DNA from: the human T2T-CHM13v2.0 reference genome, Homo sapiens
Assembly (NCBI RefSeq): GCF_009914755.1
Contig: NC_060934.1
Reading direction: 5' to 3' (one strand)
DNA length: 64,000 nucleotides
Part shown: positions 25,331-43,011 of the stretch, piece after piece
Position numbering within the stretch: the first letter of the stretch is position 1
How the letters are laid out: every line of letters begins with the position of its first letter
Notes under the pieces: model-generated
Told to the model about the DNA's origin: nothing
The model's input: the letters and a program-made list of their open reading frames with translations, nothing else
Databases searched by the model: none
Translations under genes and position numbers: made by a program

Positions 25331-26923
25331 CAACCCCTTTTGGGAAAAGCATCTTCAAGCCCATCCCTTGGCCACAGCCAGTAGTCTCTGAGCTCAGGGT
25401 CTTGACTTTGTACCTTTATATTCCAGGCCTTAGCACACAGTAGACTCTCAGTAAATGCTGGCAAAATTTCTCTTTTTTATTTCCTTTTCCTAAGCCCGAT
25501 AAATTTCCTAAAATCCGCTTGGCAAATTTTCTTGTTAACTGTGATTTTTCAATTGATGGCTACTAATTTTGTAATAACATTTACAAATTTCATAATTGTC
25601 ATATGATGTATGTCATAGACCTTGTTTACTTGAATAATTTTAGTCTTTCTTGGTACTCTTAATTATTTCTTCTATTATAGAAGTTGCGTTTTTTATATTT
25701 CTGTTTCTCAAAGACCAAATGCCATTTTTTCTTGACAATTTCTGGTTTCCATTTCTTTGCTTGCTATATTTTGTTCACACTTCTTTCCAGAGAATCAATA
25801 ACCTCATACCACATATTTTGTATTAAAAAAACCCTTCATATTTTGTACTGTGGAAGTAATTTTACTCAAAATTACATTACAAAAGAACCTTACAAATTGG
25901 TAGTAGTAACTGAGACTCTTTTGCAGATTACCTAATTTTGAAAATTATTTAGTGAATATAATAAAGATAATTAAGGATATTGTATCACAGTATGTATTCA
26001 CTTTATTTATTGTACCCAAGATAACATAGTGTTAGTTATGTCTTACTGAAGATGCTCTTGTGAATAACGTAATTTATTATAACACACAATTCTGAAAAGT
26101 CATATCTTGGTAACACAATACTTCAGCTATAACTCATATCAAGTCTTTGACAAGATGAAATCCGAAAACAAATTTTTGTAAAAATTATTAATCTTAAGGA
26201 TGAAGGATGCATAACACAAAAATTCATGAGGGTTTTAGTAATAGCTTATTTTAATCTCAACAGCTACCAAACCAACTTTATTAGATAATTTAACCAATTT
26301 CATAATTCTAAATCTTTTATAATGACAAATTCTTCAAAAAGATAGGCTTCCTTCTTGAGAAATGTACTTCACATATGTTCTGAGTATTCATGGATTAAAC
26401 ACATTAACAGATTTAGAAGGCAGAATCTGATATTTAAATGTGCATGTTTGTACTTTCCCACTATTATCAATCCTCACTCATCTATGATAATGAGGAACAC
26501 AGAATGGGGACAGGAAGGATAAGTGAAATCCCTAAACACAGCATTCAATATCTTTTTCCATAAAAGTTTTTAATAACAAGGGGAAAAAGAACTTATGAGT
26601 TCAGTCTCATTTCTTCTCCCCACTCCTAGCTACTACAGAAGATTATAATGAGAAGAGTAAGTGCCACAAGACAGAAAAATGGAAGAAGAGAAAAAACAAA
26701 GTGCCTGGATAATATATAGAGCAGTTAATGATTTCATGAATAATTTATTTATCAACACCACTTTTCTAAACTTTCCATCTATCACTTTTTCATTAGTAAC
26801 TGAAGGTAGAGGTAAATAGCACACCCTTAAATTTATTAGGTCTTCTTTAAAGTTGGACTGCCAGACAGAGAAAAAAAATACAAGACATTTAAAGTATGGC
26901 AAAACTTTAAAATAGTCAGTTGA

Positions 26924-30621
<3,698 letters not shown>

Positions 30622-31087
30622 GATCGGAAATTACCTTAAAAACTTCAAAGAGGTAAATGTAAAGAACAATATATAAATTAGAGAAAATACACATAATACT
30701 AAAATATGAGCAAGCAAAATGAAAAATTAAATGTGAAAAAAAAAGTTGACGGCTAATAGAGCAAAAGTGCCAGAAGCCAAATTTTCCGTGATTACAGTCA
30801 CAGCAGTGAGTGTGCTACGTTATTATGTAAAAGCGGAAAGTGAAGTAATTTGGCTTCAATTAAAATGTTTGAAGGAGGAATTTGGGTCATAGTTGCGAAT
30901 GGCAAAGCTGCCAACATTTAAAATGAAATGTATGCATCTGAATATTTAAAAGATCTTAAAAAAATTCTTTGTAGTCAGTTCAGACTGCATGGCCTCTTTT
31001 AAACTGCAATATGCTTTTCAGGACAGACAAGTGATTAAAGAGAGGATCATTATCTGTAATAAGACACACTGTACAAAGTGGTCTTAC

Positions 31088-31169
31088 CTCGAAATTCAAG
31101 CATTCTGAGTCCTGGTCCCAATTCCATTATGGTTCTGAAGTCATCTTGAGAGCAAATGATTTGTTTTTT
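31088..31169 (-). other. Candidate spliced exon (82 nt)
   Basis: Minus strand: ctctcttttttcttttttaaattgaaagtatag|AAAAAAC...TTTCGAG|gtaagac; one open frame (KKQIICSQDDFRTIMELGPGLRMLEFR); lies in repeat-free sequence. Confidence 0.35.
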
Positions 31170-32432
31170 CTATACTTTCAATTTAAAAAAGAAAAAAGAG
31201 AGGCCTGTGTTCTATATGTGGAGAGGTCAATTAAGGTTTCCCATATTTTTGGTCCCTGGAGATAGTCACTGCCAAAGTAAAGTTATTAATTAAATGGCAT
31301 CTTGGCTTTATCATCACTGTTCTCATAAAGTAAATAGTAAGTGTCCTCTCACTCCCATTGCTTCTGAGAGGACTGCTTTTGTCTGTTCAGAAAATGAAAG
31401 AGAAAATCAATCCTCCAGTACACTGGCTGATTACCTATGTATTTCAATGGCACTTTATCACCATGGTACCCAGGTACTCGGACCCTAGCAATAAATTGGG
31501 AACAAGAACATCAAAACCACAGCTCTGTGTGATGAGGCTGGTATGAATACTAGGGCAAGAGCCCTTTGAAGTTGTTCCCTTTGTGTAAACAAAGAAAATG
31601 CCAAAATGGATGTGGAGGCTATGGTTCCCAAGGTGATTCAAATTAAAACTTAATAGCAAGGACCTCATCAATTTGAGTCCCCCATTTTCTCACAAGAACA
31701 GATACCTCCTGCAGAGAGGGCCACATCAATGCATCAGTCCTGTGACAGAGACGCACATGTCAGCTAATTTTACCAAATAGCCATGTCTGTTGGATCTGTA
31801 AGGCTCAGTTCATCATCTGAGATTTGCAGAGTGTTTCAACCATCAGTTTGTATTCTAGAGCTTTTTCTACATCAGAGCAAGGCATTCAGGCTGTAATTTT
31901 TTGTGAGGCAAGACGGAAAATTCAAAAGTCTGGCCTTGACTGAACCCCTAACTCTTTTATGAATTACTGATTTTCTATGTTGAGCAACTAGAGATGAGAT
32001 ATTGCTAGAAGGCTGTCCATTGTATGGCTAGAGGGACCAGCTGTATTGGCAAATTGACTAGAATAACATGAAAAGGCTCTTAAAGCTCTTTTAAAAATAA
32101 ATGTTTTATATGGATTTTTGGCTAGGTCTTACAGGGAAAAAATATGCTGTAAAATGCTAATTTCAATTTGTTCACTTAATAGTAATCCAAATGACATAAT
32201 TTAGGCTGATTTTAGAGCAAGCTGTAGCAAAACATTACCTTTTAGAAGCTGAATCAGTGAAATTAATTTGCAGTGCCTCAACGTTATTTTCTAATACGTG
32301 ATTTATAAGTTTATAAAATATCAAATAGTCTGAGGTTATCTTAAAAGAGGCAAATGTAGTGTGCACTTACTTTAACTGTAGCTAAATTCTCTATTGCATA
32401 ATTTTAAACTGAAAGATTTTCATTAATCTTAC

Positions 32433-32450
32433 CTCTGAACTTTTTAAGCT
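32433..32450 (-). other. Candidate 18-nt microexon
   Basis: Minus strand: tatatgcacattcttttatgtttag|AGCTTAAAAAGTTCAGAG|gtaagat. Confidence 0.25.
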
Positions 32451-34440
32451 CTAAACATAAAAGAATGTGCATATACAAAGTGAACGTCAGCCAGAATTCT
32501 GATAATAAATTACTAAACGAAATCAGATAATACAGAAAGTTGTCTGTTTTGATACAGTCAAGAATCCTGTTTACTGTTAGCAAATGTAAAGCATACATTT
32601 TGCAGGAGTAACGTCTTCTAGCTTTCCTAAAAATAACTTTATGAACTGCAAGCTACAGTAACAACCTACTTTAAAAATATACTTATTTTTTAAAATGTGC
32701 ATTCATTCATTTTCATGTGCAGCCAGTTCCAAACATCAATTTCTTCTCACCTAAAACAGGGATTTTCAAAATTTAAACCTTTTTCTTATAACATTTCCTG
32801 AAGTGACTACAGCTACATGGGTAAGCCACAACACACAAACCACTTGAGTTGTGACATACTGAAACCTCAAACAGGAGGGAAAAACAACTAAAACCCTGGG
32901 GCATTTCAAAATCCTATCAAAAATATTTTCTTTGTTATTGGATAAAAATAAATTAACATAGACTATCAATTTATATACAATGAAATAACAATAAAATGTT
33001 ACAAGTCTATGTTTATCTTCATAGTATTCTTATAAGTTGTGTGATAAGAGCCACGCCATGTTAATTTTTGTATCTGTAAGAAAGCACACAGATTGAGGGG
33101 CTTAGAAAATGACTCTTGGTCATGGCAAACCTGTGGATGACAAGTCTCATTATCTCCCTTTTTTGAGGGAACTGAGGCAGAGGGGAACAACCAGTCTGCT
33201 TCAGAAAACACTGCTAGTGCTAGTGGTTCATATTTAGCACCTCACACTCTAGGTTTCTTTCCAGGATTTCCAGTCTCACTCTTCTCTGACTGATTGCAAA
33301 ACATACTGAAGAGAGGAAAAGGTACTGGATTTAGAAGACCCAGTAAGATGCACACATTATTTCGGGATAAGAGTAGCCTACCTGCACCTGCTTCTCATCT
33401 GTGCCTGTTAGGAGAGTGGACCTGGTTCATTGCCCGTAGTGGACAGGCTTATGGTATAGGTGCATACAAGGGAGCTTCTAAATGCCTTGCTTTTCAGGAA
33501 GTTATAAACCTATAAAAACTAGGCCTAAAAATATCTAGGGCTGATGGCAGGGATATATGTTTCTGAGTGCCACAAAAACTCCTTCAGAATGCAGAAGTGA
33601 GGCAGAAGTTTCCATTGTCTCTTGAATATGTAAAAGCTTAAAACAAATGAACAAACTATTCCCAGAGAAAACCTATTTAGTACTATGGCCTATATTTCAA
33701 AACTGTATTAAATGTATAATTAATTTCTTATTAGCTTACTATATTATTTGTTAAGATTTCCTCATTATGAACAAACAATGCTAAGAAGACTATCCACATA
33801 CCCAAGTATCTGCAGAATATGTGGAAGAAGAAGTGATTACTTGCTATAATTATCACTGATAAAAGATCTTGAAGAGCTAGTGATGATATGAAATGGAGGT
33901 AATAAAGGACCATTAAGATGAAGTGTAAAGATTCCAACCCAATTCTCACCCAAAGTGAGAGTATTAGTTCTCATAATATGTTAAAGGGTATTAGGGAGAA
34001 AAAGAGTTTTGTTTTTTGTTTTTTTTTTAGGGGTAAAATAAAATCAGTAGCCTAAAATAAAAGGTTAGAAAGGTAAAAAGAAAAATCAAAACTAGATTTG
34101 AGAAAAGATGGAATAAACAAAGTTAATAATCTGCTTTACAGCAGAGTCATTCATATAGTAACACGTGTTACATATTTTGAGGGAAAAATAGACTGTGTGA
34201 GAACCTCCCAAACTGATTTTCCCAGCAACCTGACCCCTGCTGCCATTGCTTCCCCACTCTTTAGAGCATTTCCTAGGATATACTCTGGGAAAAGATGTTC
34301 CACTGTGTTTTAGAAAGTAATTTTTGGGGTAGCATTTAGTCCTCTTAAGAAACATCAGAAAAAGTCCAATAAGTGGTATTGGAGGCAGCTCTGGAAAATG
34401 GCATGCAAGCTGCTAACGTATTTATAGAAATAAAATGTAA

Positions 34441-34773
<333 letters not shown>

Positions 34774-37700
34774 CTTTTAAACTTTTTAACATACTTTTTT
34801 CTCCCCAGTTTTGTGTGTGTGCAGCTACCCAATTCTTTTTCAATCTCATCATCCCCAAATATTTACTAAAGGACAATTTATGAAAGGTTCCTGAAAGTAG
34901 GGAAGCAGAATGACCAAACTTAGAGACATGATATGTTTTCTTCTCTCCCAATGTTTACATCAGTTCACTTTCTACCCAGGATAAAGTTCTGAACATGAAA
35001 TTTTTAATATTTGAAAATGACGAAATGTATGAAATTATTTAAGTATATCTATAACTCAAAACATTTGTGGATGTTACCTACACCAACTGACATTTTATAC
35101 TACTAATCTTTTTCGGTTATTTGAGAAATTAAATCAGTATAATGGACTCCTATTTCTTATTATCCTACCAGTACATGTTATTTCTGCTCTGGCATGTGTT
35201 CTACTTGTAAACCAGCTTTAAATGAACCATTATGAAAATCTGGTGCATATTTAAAATGGATAATAAATGAATATTTAATAGGAGTTACATCTATTATAAT
35301 TTTTTTCCATCAATGATGGAAAATTTTTCTGATAATCTAGCAAAGTAGATAATAATTGTAGTAAATGGATATTTAATAGAGGCTTAAGCAGATTATAATC
35401 TTGTTTTTCCCCATCTCATACAGATCATCTTCTGATGTTAACAGAAATCATATATAAGAACAGAGGGAAGCATGTAAGTTGTGCATCAGCTATTGGTTAA
35501 TGAATAGCTACAATATGACATCAATTATTGTGATTTAAAAAAAAACACTCAGCAAATTGCCCTCTCCTAGATAATTTTCTAATTTGAAAGTTTCTCATTT
35601 TTTTCCTGACAATTTACTTTTTAAAAAATGAGTGATCTATTTGTTCTTGTCATTTTATAAATCAGCTCAAGATTGCTGTATTACATTGTTGCAGGGATAG
35701 ATCTATGAACTTAGGGGCTTTTTTAAATTGTAGGAGAATACAGTTTCCCTTCCATTTCTCTCTCTCCTTCTCCCTCTCTTTGCTTTTTCACTGTAAGGTC
35801 AACAGCTTAAGAGGCACAAATCTCAACTACTGTGATTGTTTCCTTTTATATGATGGGGGATGTAAAGTCATTCAGAGCTGCATCTGTCAGTGGTGCTTTC
35901 TACCACTGCTGACGACTGGGTTATAAAAACATTCCTGAACAATTGTGAACATTGGCAGACCATAAACAAAATGGAGAACACTGGAAGACATTCAAACGAT
36001 GATGTCTTAAATCCTGGCTCTAAAATTAAACTAAAAGAAAACTGATTATCCTTTGTCATGATATGCATGCCAAGAGCCATGCATGATATGCACAGTAGAC
36101 ACACACACAAAAATAAGGTAATAAAAATAAGAAACATATGGATTCTGTTAAAACACATGCATTCACAATGACAGATATTGAAAAGAACAAGGAAAGCAAG
36201 AGTTGAGGATATTCAGATTTTGAACAGCACTGTAATTAGCTTCAGAGGAGAGAAAGTTCCACAATAGGAAGTTACACGGAAAAATGTTACATACTGTTTG
36301 TAAAATGGTGAAAATATGAAAAAGCTTAGTGGCTTTCACTTCCTTAATAATCAGCATATAAATGGAGTATTTGTTCACCTATCCTTTCAGTAAGACATTT
36401 TCTTCAGTCATGCCATGAACAAGTCTCTCTTCTGGGCCAGTGGGGAACAAAAGAATAAGTAAAGAGCTTAAATGTGAGTGAATAAAATTAATAAAAGATT
36501 CTGTAATGTAATGGAACCATATTTATTATTTTCTTTTCATTTCATTAAAGTATTTACTTGAACCTCTACTTACTTTTAGAAAATATTCATTGCATTGTTT
36601 CTAAGGTGACTCAAGATTATTCAGAAATTATGTGTTAAGTTTTTCTGAATATGAATGGTACATATTCAAAAACCAGCCTGGTGGAGGAACTATTTTCAAG
36701 GAGTAATATTACCAGTGTGAAGGAGATATATCAGAAGAGGATTAGAGTTGGGCCTAGAGACCTTGGCCAACTTGTGGTACCAATGTTCACCAATTGTGTG
36801 ATTTGGAAGCAACTCTGATAGGTGCCTGCCAAATTTAGTGGTGAACCCTTTCTCTAGACCAGACTTAAGTTTTGGTTCTTTTAAATTAAACAGTTCAGCA
36901 GAAATTTCAGGACATCAAGAAAACAGCCAAGGGTTACTCTGAGGTCCCTATATTCTTTACTCAGGAGAATAAGTAACAACATTCAACTACTGCCACTTCC
37001 TTCCTATGTCTGAAAAAGTCCAGGCATCCTTCCCCAAATTTTTACAGGTTTGACACTTAGATTCGCCTCTAATTCAGCAACTACTTTGAAGGGGAAAGAT
37101 GTCCTATATATTTTTTATAACCTCTCCTACAACAGATATAATTCCTAGTGATGACAGCAAATCCTATTTCCATTACCTAATTTTAGATATGTTAAACATC
37201 CCACTCTTTTTTTAAGAAGCAATGTTAAATAATAAACTGGTACAACTTCTGGACAAAGATTTTTGTACAGGGACTTTCCAAGCATTGCATGTTTTACTTG
37301 TTGCAAAAATATGAAAGTTATCTTTCTAAGAAAGGTACACACAGATGTTGATATGACTTGAGAAAAATAGTCAATAGAGTCAATTTGTTATCTCCATCTT
37401 TAGCTGCAAGAGGGAGGGGGGATCATTAGATAAACCAAGTATGACAAGGAGGCTTTGGGTCTATAACTCTTATGGCAAATGGTTATATTATGTTAGACAA
37501 GTAGATTAAACTTTGCAAGCTTCAGATATTATCTTTGTAAAAAAGTGTATATAATACATCTGCTCTCATTACCGCACAAGGATTATGTCAAAGTAATCTC
37601 CATTTAAGTGAGTGGAACATACTGAAAAGAAATCAAAAAGGGCTACCAGTGGGGGATGAGAGAGGAGGAAAATTTGCAGAGAAGGAGAGAATATAGAAAT

Positions 37701-39149
37701 GGAAATGAGAGAGAGCAGTGTATTGAGAGGAGGGCAGCATAAGAATGAGTAAAGAAGAGTGGGGCAGGGATGGGATGAGAAATGGAAGGGATATGGAAAA
37801 CTGGTTTGGGTTTAGCTAGGGCAAAGCCCAAGTGACAAGGAATCCGTGGTTAAAGGCAGTATGACTGGAAATGAGCGAATTTAGGAATATGCATCTCAGC
37901 ATTTTTTTCTTTCGGTTCAGGATTTTGGTGAGTGTCAGGTGTCGGCTTCAAGTGGGAATTTTGAAAGAAAAAAAGACAGAACATATTTGAAAAACTGGGG
38001 CAGGATAGAGGAAGGCAGCTTTAAAAAGTCGTGGTTGGGGATGCAGAAGACAAAAAGGGAAATAAGACAAACATTTTTAACTTGTCTGTTTTGCTTTCCA
38101 TATGGGTTGCAGAAGGCAAAGGGGACAGAAGGAAGAGGGGAGAGAACATTTATGCAGCTTCTGGAAGGGGAGAAGTACCCCAGAAAAACACTTGTAAGGG
38201 AAAACAATTTGAAATTATCTATGAAAGGTAGAGAGCAATTACCCAACAGACAGAGTGGTTATAGACAAGACTGTATGAATCCAAGCCAGTAATTAAAACC
38301 CCAGGAATTAAGGAATTGATAAGATCTTCAAGTTGTAAAACTGGGTTCCCTCAGGGGATTATATTATGAGAAAAGAACCGAAAATTTCCAAGAGAACTAT
38401 TTAGAATTTCATTAACCTGGCAAATGCTAAACCCAGTGCACGCTTCAGGAATGCCATAGCAGAAGGAAGAAGCAGTGGCCTGACGCTTTACTTCTTCAGA
38501 CACTGAAATGCAGAAAAACTAGCCTGGTTAACTTCTGGACTGGAGAATATGAACTTGAACCAGAATTGGAGAAAGGGAGGCAGGATGCTCTTCAGAATTT
38601 GATGAAACTATAAGCTCTCTCTCAAGGGAAATGCACAAAAATCTGCACACAATTTCTAAGACTTCAGAATCTATCTGTGGCCATGTTCCCCACCCCATCC
38701 CCACATGCAACAGACAACACACAGCATTCCTTCTAAAGAACACTTGATTTCATAGAGGAGAAGGGTTAAAGCTGGGATAGGCAAATACATGCTCTATGGC
38801 TCAAGAAATGATATTAATAGATAGAGTTTAAGAGCATCTTCCTATGATATGCAGCCAGAGAAGGTTTCAAGTTTGAGAACTATAATCTACTTAGTCTTTC
38901 TTATGAGGGATACTATGTGGAACTCTTGTGGCAATATAAACATAGCTATGGAGATGGTCAAAGAGTAGGGCATTCTAAAAGGGAGGAAAGGATAGGCACA
39001 CTAAAGTTTGAGAACCTCTAATTGAATATATTGTTACCCTGGGAAACATATTAAAATGAAAATGAAAGAAAAGAGAAAAATGAACACATTATGTAATGAG
39101 TCCCAGGAAGAATGAACCTGATTGCTAGTAGCATCAGAGGTAGGGTCAG

Positions 39150-41190
39150 ACATGGAGTCTGAGGTAAATGGAAAATGAATTAATTAATTTTTAAAAATGA
39201 GTTCAAAGTTGTTTTGGAAGACAAACGGAAATTGTTGAAAATATTATAGAAATACAACTTAACAGTAATACAGATAATGAACACAAGTCAGTTTTCTGGA
39301 AGCAGAGGGGTAGACAGAAACAGTGCAGAATTTGCTTATTCTAATTTTTATAATTCTAAGTTTAACATTAAGACAAAAGAAGATGGCAACCACTAGAAAG
39401 TAGGCTTCAGATTACAGTAGCCCTCACTGAAAGATTTATAATGCCTTGATTTTGGTTAGTAGGTTGATCCAAATACATAAATAAATAAATATAAATAAAT
39501 AAGATAGCTTGATGAAGGTGATCTGCAAAAGCTAAAAGGGGAGAGATACAAAAAGGGAGGATAAGTAAAGCAAATAACAGAGTTGGAAAATAAATGCCAT
39601 GATTTAAAACAACAACAACAAAAATGGGAAAGTCTTTTAACAACAGAGTTGTCAAAGGCCTAAACTTAAGAAATAGAAATGGATGGATTGGAGGATGTGG
39701 TCATTACAAAGAAAAGATTTTTGTTTAAAACCAGGAACAAGCAGGAGAAAAACTAGGACAAAGCAGAAATGTCATGTGAAATATCTTACATAACAAGCTG
39801 ATGGCTTAAGCCAATAAAAGTTCTGGGAGAAAAGAAGCACCTGTCCAAAGGGAAGGTGTGAGGAGGAAGAGACACAACAACACCTGGTCTCTGAATATAC
39901 CATAAAAAAGTTTGTGCCAACTAGCTATAATTTTGGGGAAAAAAAAACTTTGAGTAAAGTAGATTTATAAAAATAGTGTTCAAGAGGTTATTGAAGAGAA
40001 AAAAAAACCCAAAAAGTCCTAGTCAAGAGCATAAAATTTATCTGGATATGATTCAGGCAAGAATCAATGGATGCCAAAAACCAGTAGGTGAAAGTTTGAT
40101 GAGAAACAGGATATTTACATAGTTTCAAAATATCTCCCAACAAATTACTTATTCATTACAAAGGGAAAAGTAGTAGCCTAAGAATGAAGAAATCTGACAA
40201 ACCACCTAGACCAAGTGATCATCACCAGTTAACATCGCCAAGTTAACATCACCAGTGATGATATATATCAATATTATGTGTCTCCTTAACATAAAGTACT
40301 GAGAAGGACACAATTTAACATCTGGCTCAAAAATGCAAAGCCTGAATCTAATTCTGAGGAAACATCAGACAAACTCAAATGAAGGGCAACTTTGGATTAA
40401 AACTTTCTGGTATTCTTCAACTTTTCAAATATACCAGGGTCATGAAAGAAAAAGAAAGACCAAGGAATAGTTCTAGATTAAAGAAAATCAGAGAAACAAC
40501 TAAACATAATATGTGCTCCTGAAGCAGAAAAAGTTTTTTTTTCTGTTGTTATAAAGGGCATTACTGAGACAACTGGTGAAATTTGAATAAGGTCTGCATA
40601 CTAGATAATAATATTGTAATTATGTTACTGATTTTGATAATTGTCAAAATGTAATTATTGTCAATATGTAATTATGTTACTAATTTTGACAATTGTCCTA
40701 TGCATGGTTATTTATGAAAATGCCCTTGTTTTAAGAAGGCACACAATGGAGTATATACAGATAGGAGGTGTCACTTCTACAAATTACTCTTGAACAGTTC
40801 AAAAAGAAAGACTAATGTGTGTATATACGTAGAGAGATTGATAAAACAAATGTGGTAAAGTGTTAACCTTTGGGGAATCTGGGTGAAAGATGTATAGGAA
40901 TTCTTTGTAAATCTTTTTCGAAGTCTAAAATTATTCCAAAATTATAAACTAAAAATTATCTGGAAAGAACAAACTAAAACAACTCATGAACTTTGATTAG
41001 ATCTTGGTTCAGGGAATAAAACCACTATGAAAGACATTTCGAGAGAAGTGGGAAAATCTGATTATAGATAAAATATGAGATGAAATTATGGAATTATTAT
41101 AATTTTTCTCAACTTTGACAATGGTAGTGTGCTTATGCAGGGGAATGTCCTTAGTCTTAGAAGATCAGTGCTGAAGTGATTAAAAGTGTT
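39150..41190 (+). mobile_element. Old L1M (L1MC-like) 3' region fragments
   Basis: attcaggcaagaatcaatggatgcc...ttacaaagggaaaag...gaggaaacatcagacaaactcaaat...ggggaatctgggtgaaagatgtataggaattctttgt. Confidence 0.7.
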
Positions 41191-42694
41191 ATGCACATGG
41201 AGGAGTCCATTGCTGCTCACAAAGCATGGCAGTAGCAGCTAGACACTTCACCACTCTACTGCTCTGCCCAACACAGTATTCTCTACCTTCCTTACTTAGG
41301 TAGGCATGGCCATTTCTCTGCTAGTGATTGTCTTGATCTCTCAGGGTGCAAAGCTTCCCATTTGTTTAACACTGTTAGAAGGCTTTAAAGCAGAATTTCT
41401 CAGTTCCAGTGAGTCTCAAAACTTAGTGAAAATGGCTTCTGAGCATTTCTTTATAGTTCTTCCTCCCCCAGCTCCCTCCAAACAACCTGCCCCAGATTCA
41501 GGCCTGTGTTCGTAACAGATAATATGTTAGAAGTTCTTACGAAAAATTTTGTTATTGTGAGTGCTTTATCAGATCTGGCTTTTTATTTTATTTTATTTTT
41601 TGCAGGGGTGGGGTGAGGCACAGGATGCATTCTCCCCCTCTCACCTCCCCTGTCTTGGGATGTTTCTCAGCTGTTCTTTTAATAGACTTCTTTGGACCAT
41701 CCCCACAGTAACCAGATCGAAGTGAACCCCAGAAGTGAATGCTGCCTGAGCTATTTCTCAAGAAGCTTTTCAGTGCTTCTCCCTAGCCTACCACCTGGGC
41801 AATCAACTTCTGCCAGCCCTGACCCAGCACATCTGTCTTCATACGCTTGTGCCCCAGCAGTGGGCCCCACTTATCATCCAGCTGAAATTCTAAGAAGTAC
41901 ATATAAGAAATAGGCAGACAAGCAAGAAGGGTATACTTGCAGTCTAAAGACAAGTGTCAAACAGATAAAAGAGGGTAAGCAATACTTTTTGCATATACTT
42001 ATAAGCTATGCAGGTTTTTAAAAATTCTTCTACTGGCAGGTGAGGCTTGGAGAAAGAATTCTAAGAATGTATGATTGTAAGTAGCCTTTACAGTCAACCT
42101 GTAAAGATTTAATGAGAGCAAAGCTCTGCCTCTAGTTAGTACACAATTTTAACGGTGTTTACTAAGCAGGCATTTATGTCAATGCACCAAACGGAAGTTC
42201 TGAATAACGAGACACAAAATTTGAGGGCTTATTCTCAAATAATTTAGTTATAAGTTAGTTCCTGGTGTAGTCTGAACAGAAGGTCACTGATTCATTATTT
42301 CACTGACAAATCATCTCCTACACTAATTCCACAGGAGGTATTCAGGAGAGCCATATGACTCATTTAGAACACTGAGATTAAGACAAAAGATACAATTTGT
42401 TCCAGCTAAATGAACTTATCTGCATTTGAAGCATCTGTATTTTCCAAACTAGAAGTAAACTTTCCTCTTCAGTGATTTTGGACTAAATTGGAGTCAGTTC
42501 TGGACTCTTGTTTAGGAACACGTGATGGGGTTGTGAACGTTTCTCTAATTGCCTGGATTTTTTAGTTGCATTTCAACTTTTACATGCTTGTTTTATTTCA
42601 CTCAAGACAAAAGCAATTTTTTAAAACTGCAGATACAAACTAAGGCAAGCAAATCATGCTATTTAATGTTGACAACTCTCTGAAAATAGAAATA

Positions 42695-42759
42695 TATTGG
42701 GTTGATGCAAAAGTAATTGCGCTTTTTCCCATTTTAATGGCAAAACTAATAACCTAATA
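42695..42759. mobile_element. MADE1/MADE2 (mariner MITE), internally deleted
   Basis: tattgggttgatgcaaaagtaattgcg...attttaatggcaaaa...aacctaata. Confidence 0.8.
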
Positions 42760-43011
42760 ACTTTCGATCATTAGTGTTTAATCCAAAGACTCATTTTAAA
42801 TAATCATCCTCTCCAAAAAGTTTGGCTTGGTTGTTTTATTTCTCCTCTGATCTTACCCCTTTAAGAGATTACTCACAAGTAATGTAGTAGTGGGAGATAT
42901 GCAATAATTGTGTAACTTGGGCTAGCAATTGCATAAATTGGATTTGCTTTCCCTTATCCTAAATAAACAGCCATCTATGTAATGAGATTATTGTTTTAAT
43001 TTAGGGGGAAA

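Noticed and set aside
35920-36045. TATAAAA followed by an ATG and a short ORF as a promoter or gene start
   Set aside because: TATA-like words are common at this AT content; the ORF is only 24 codons; no CpG island or donor support.
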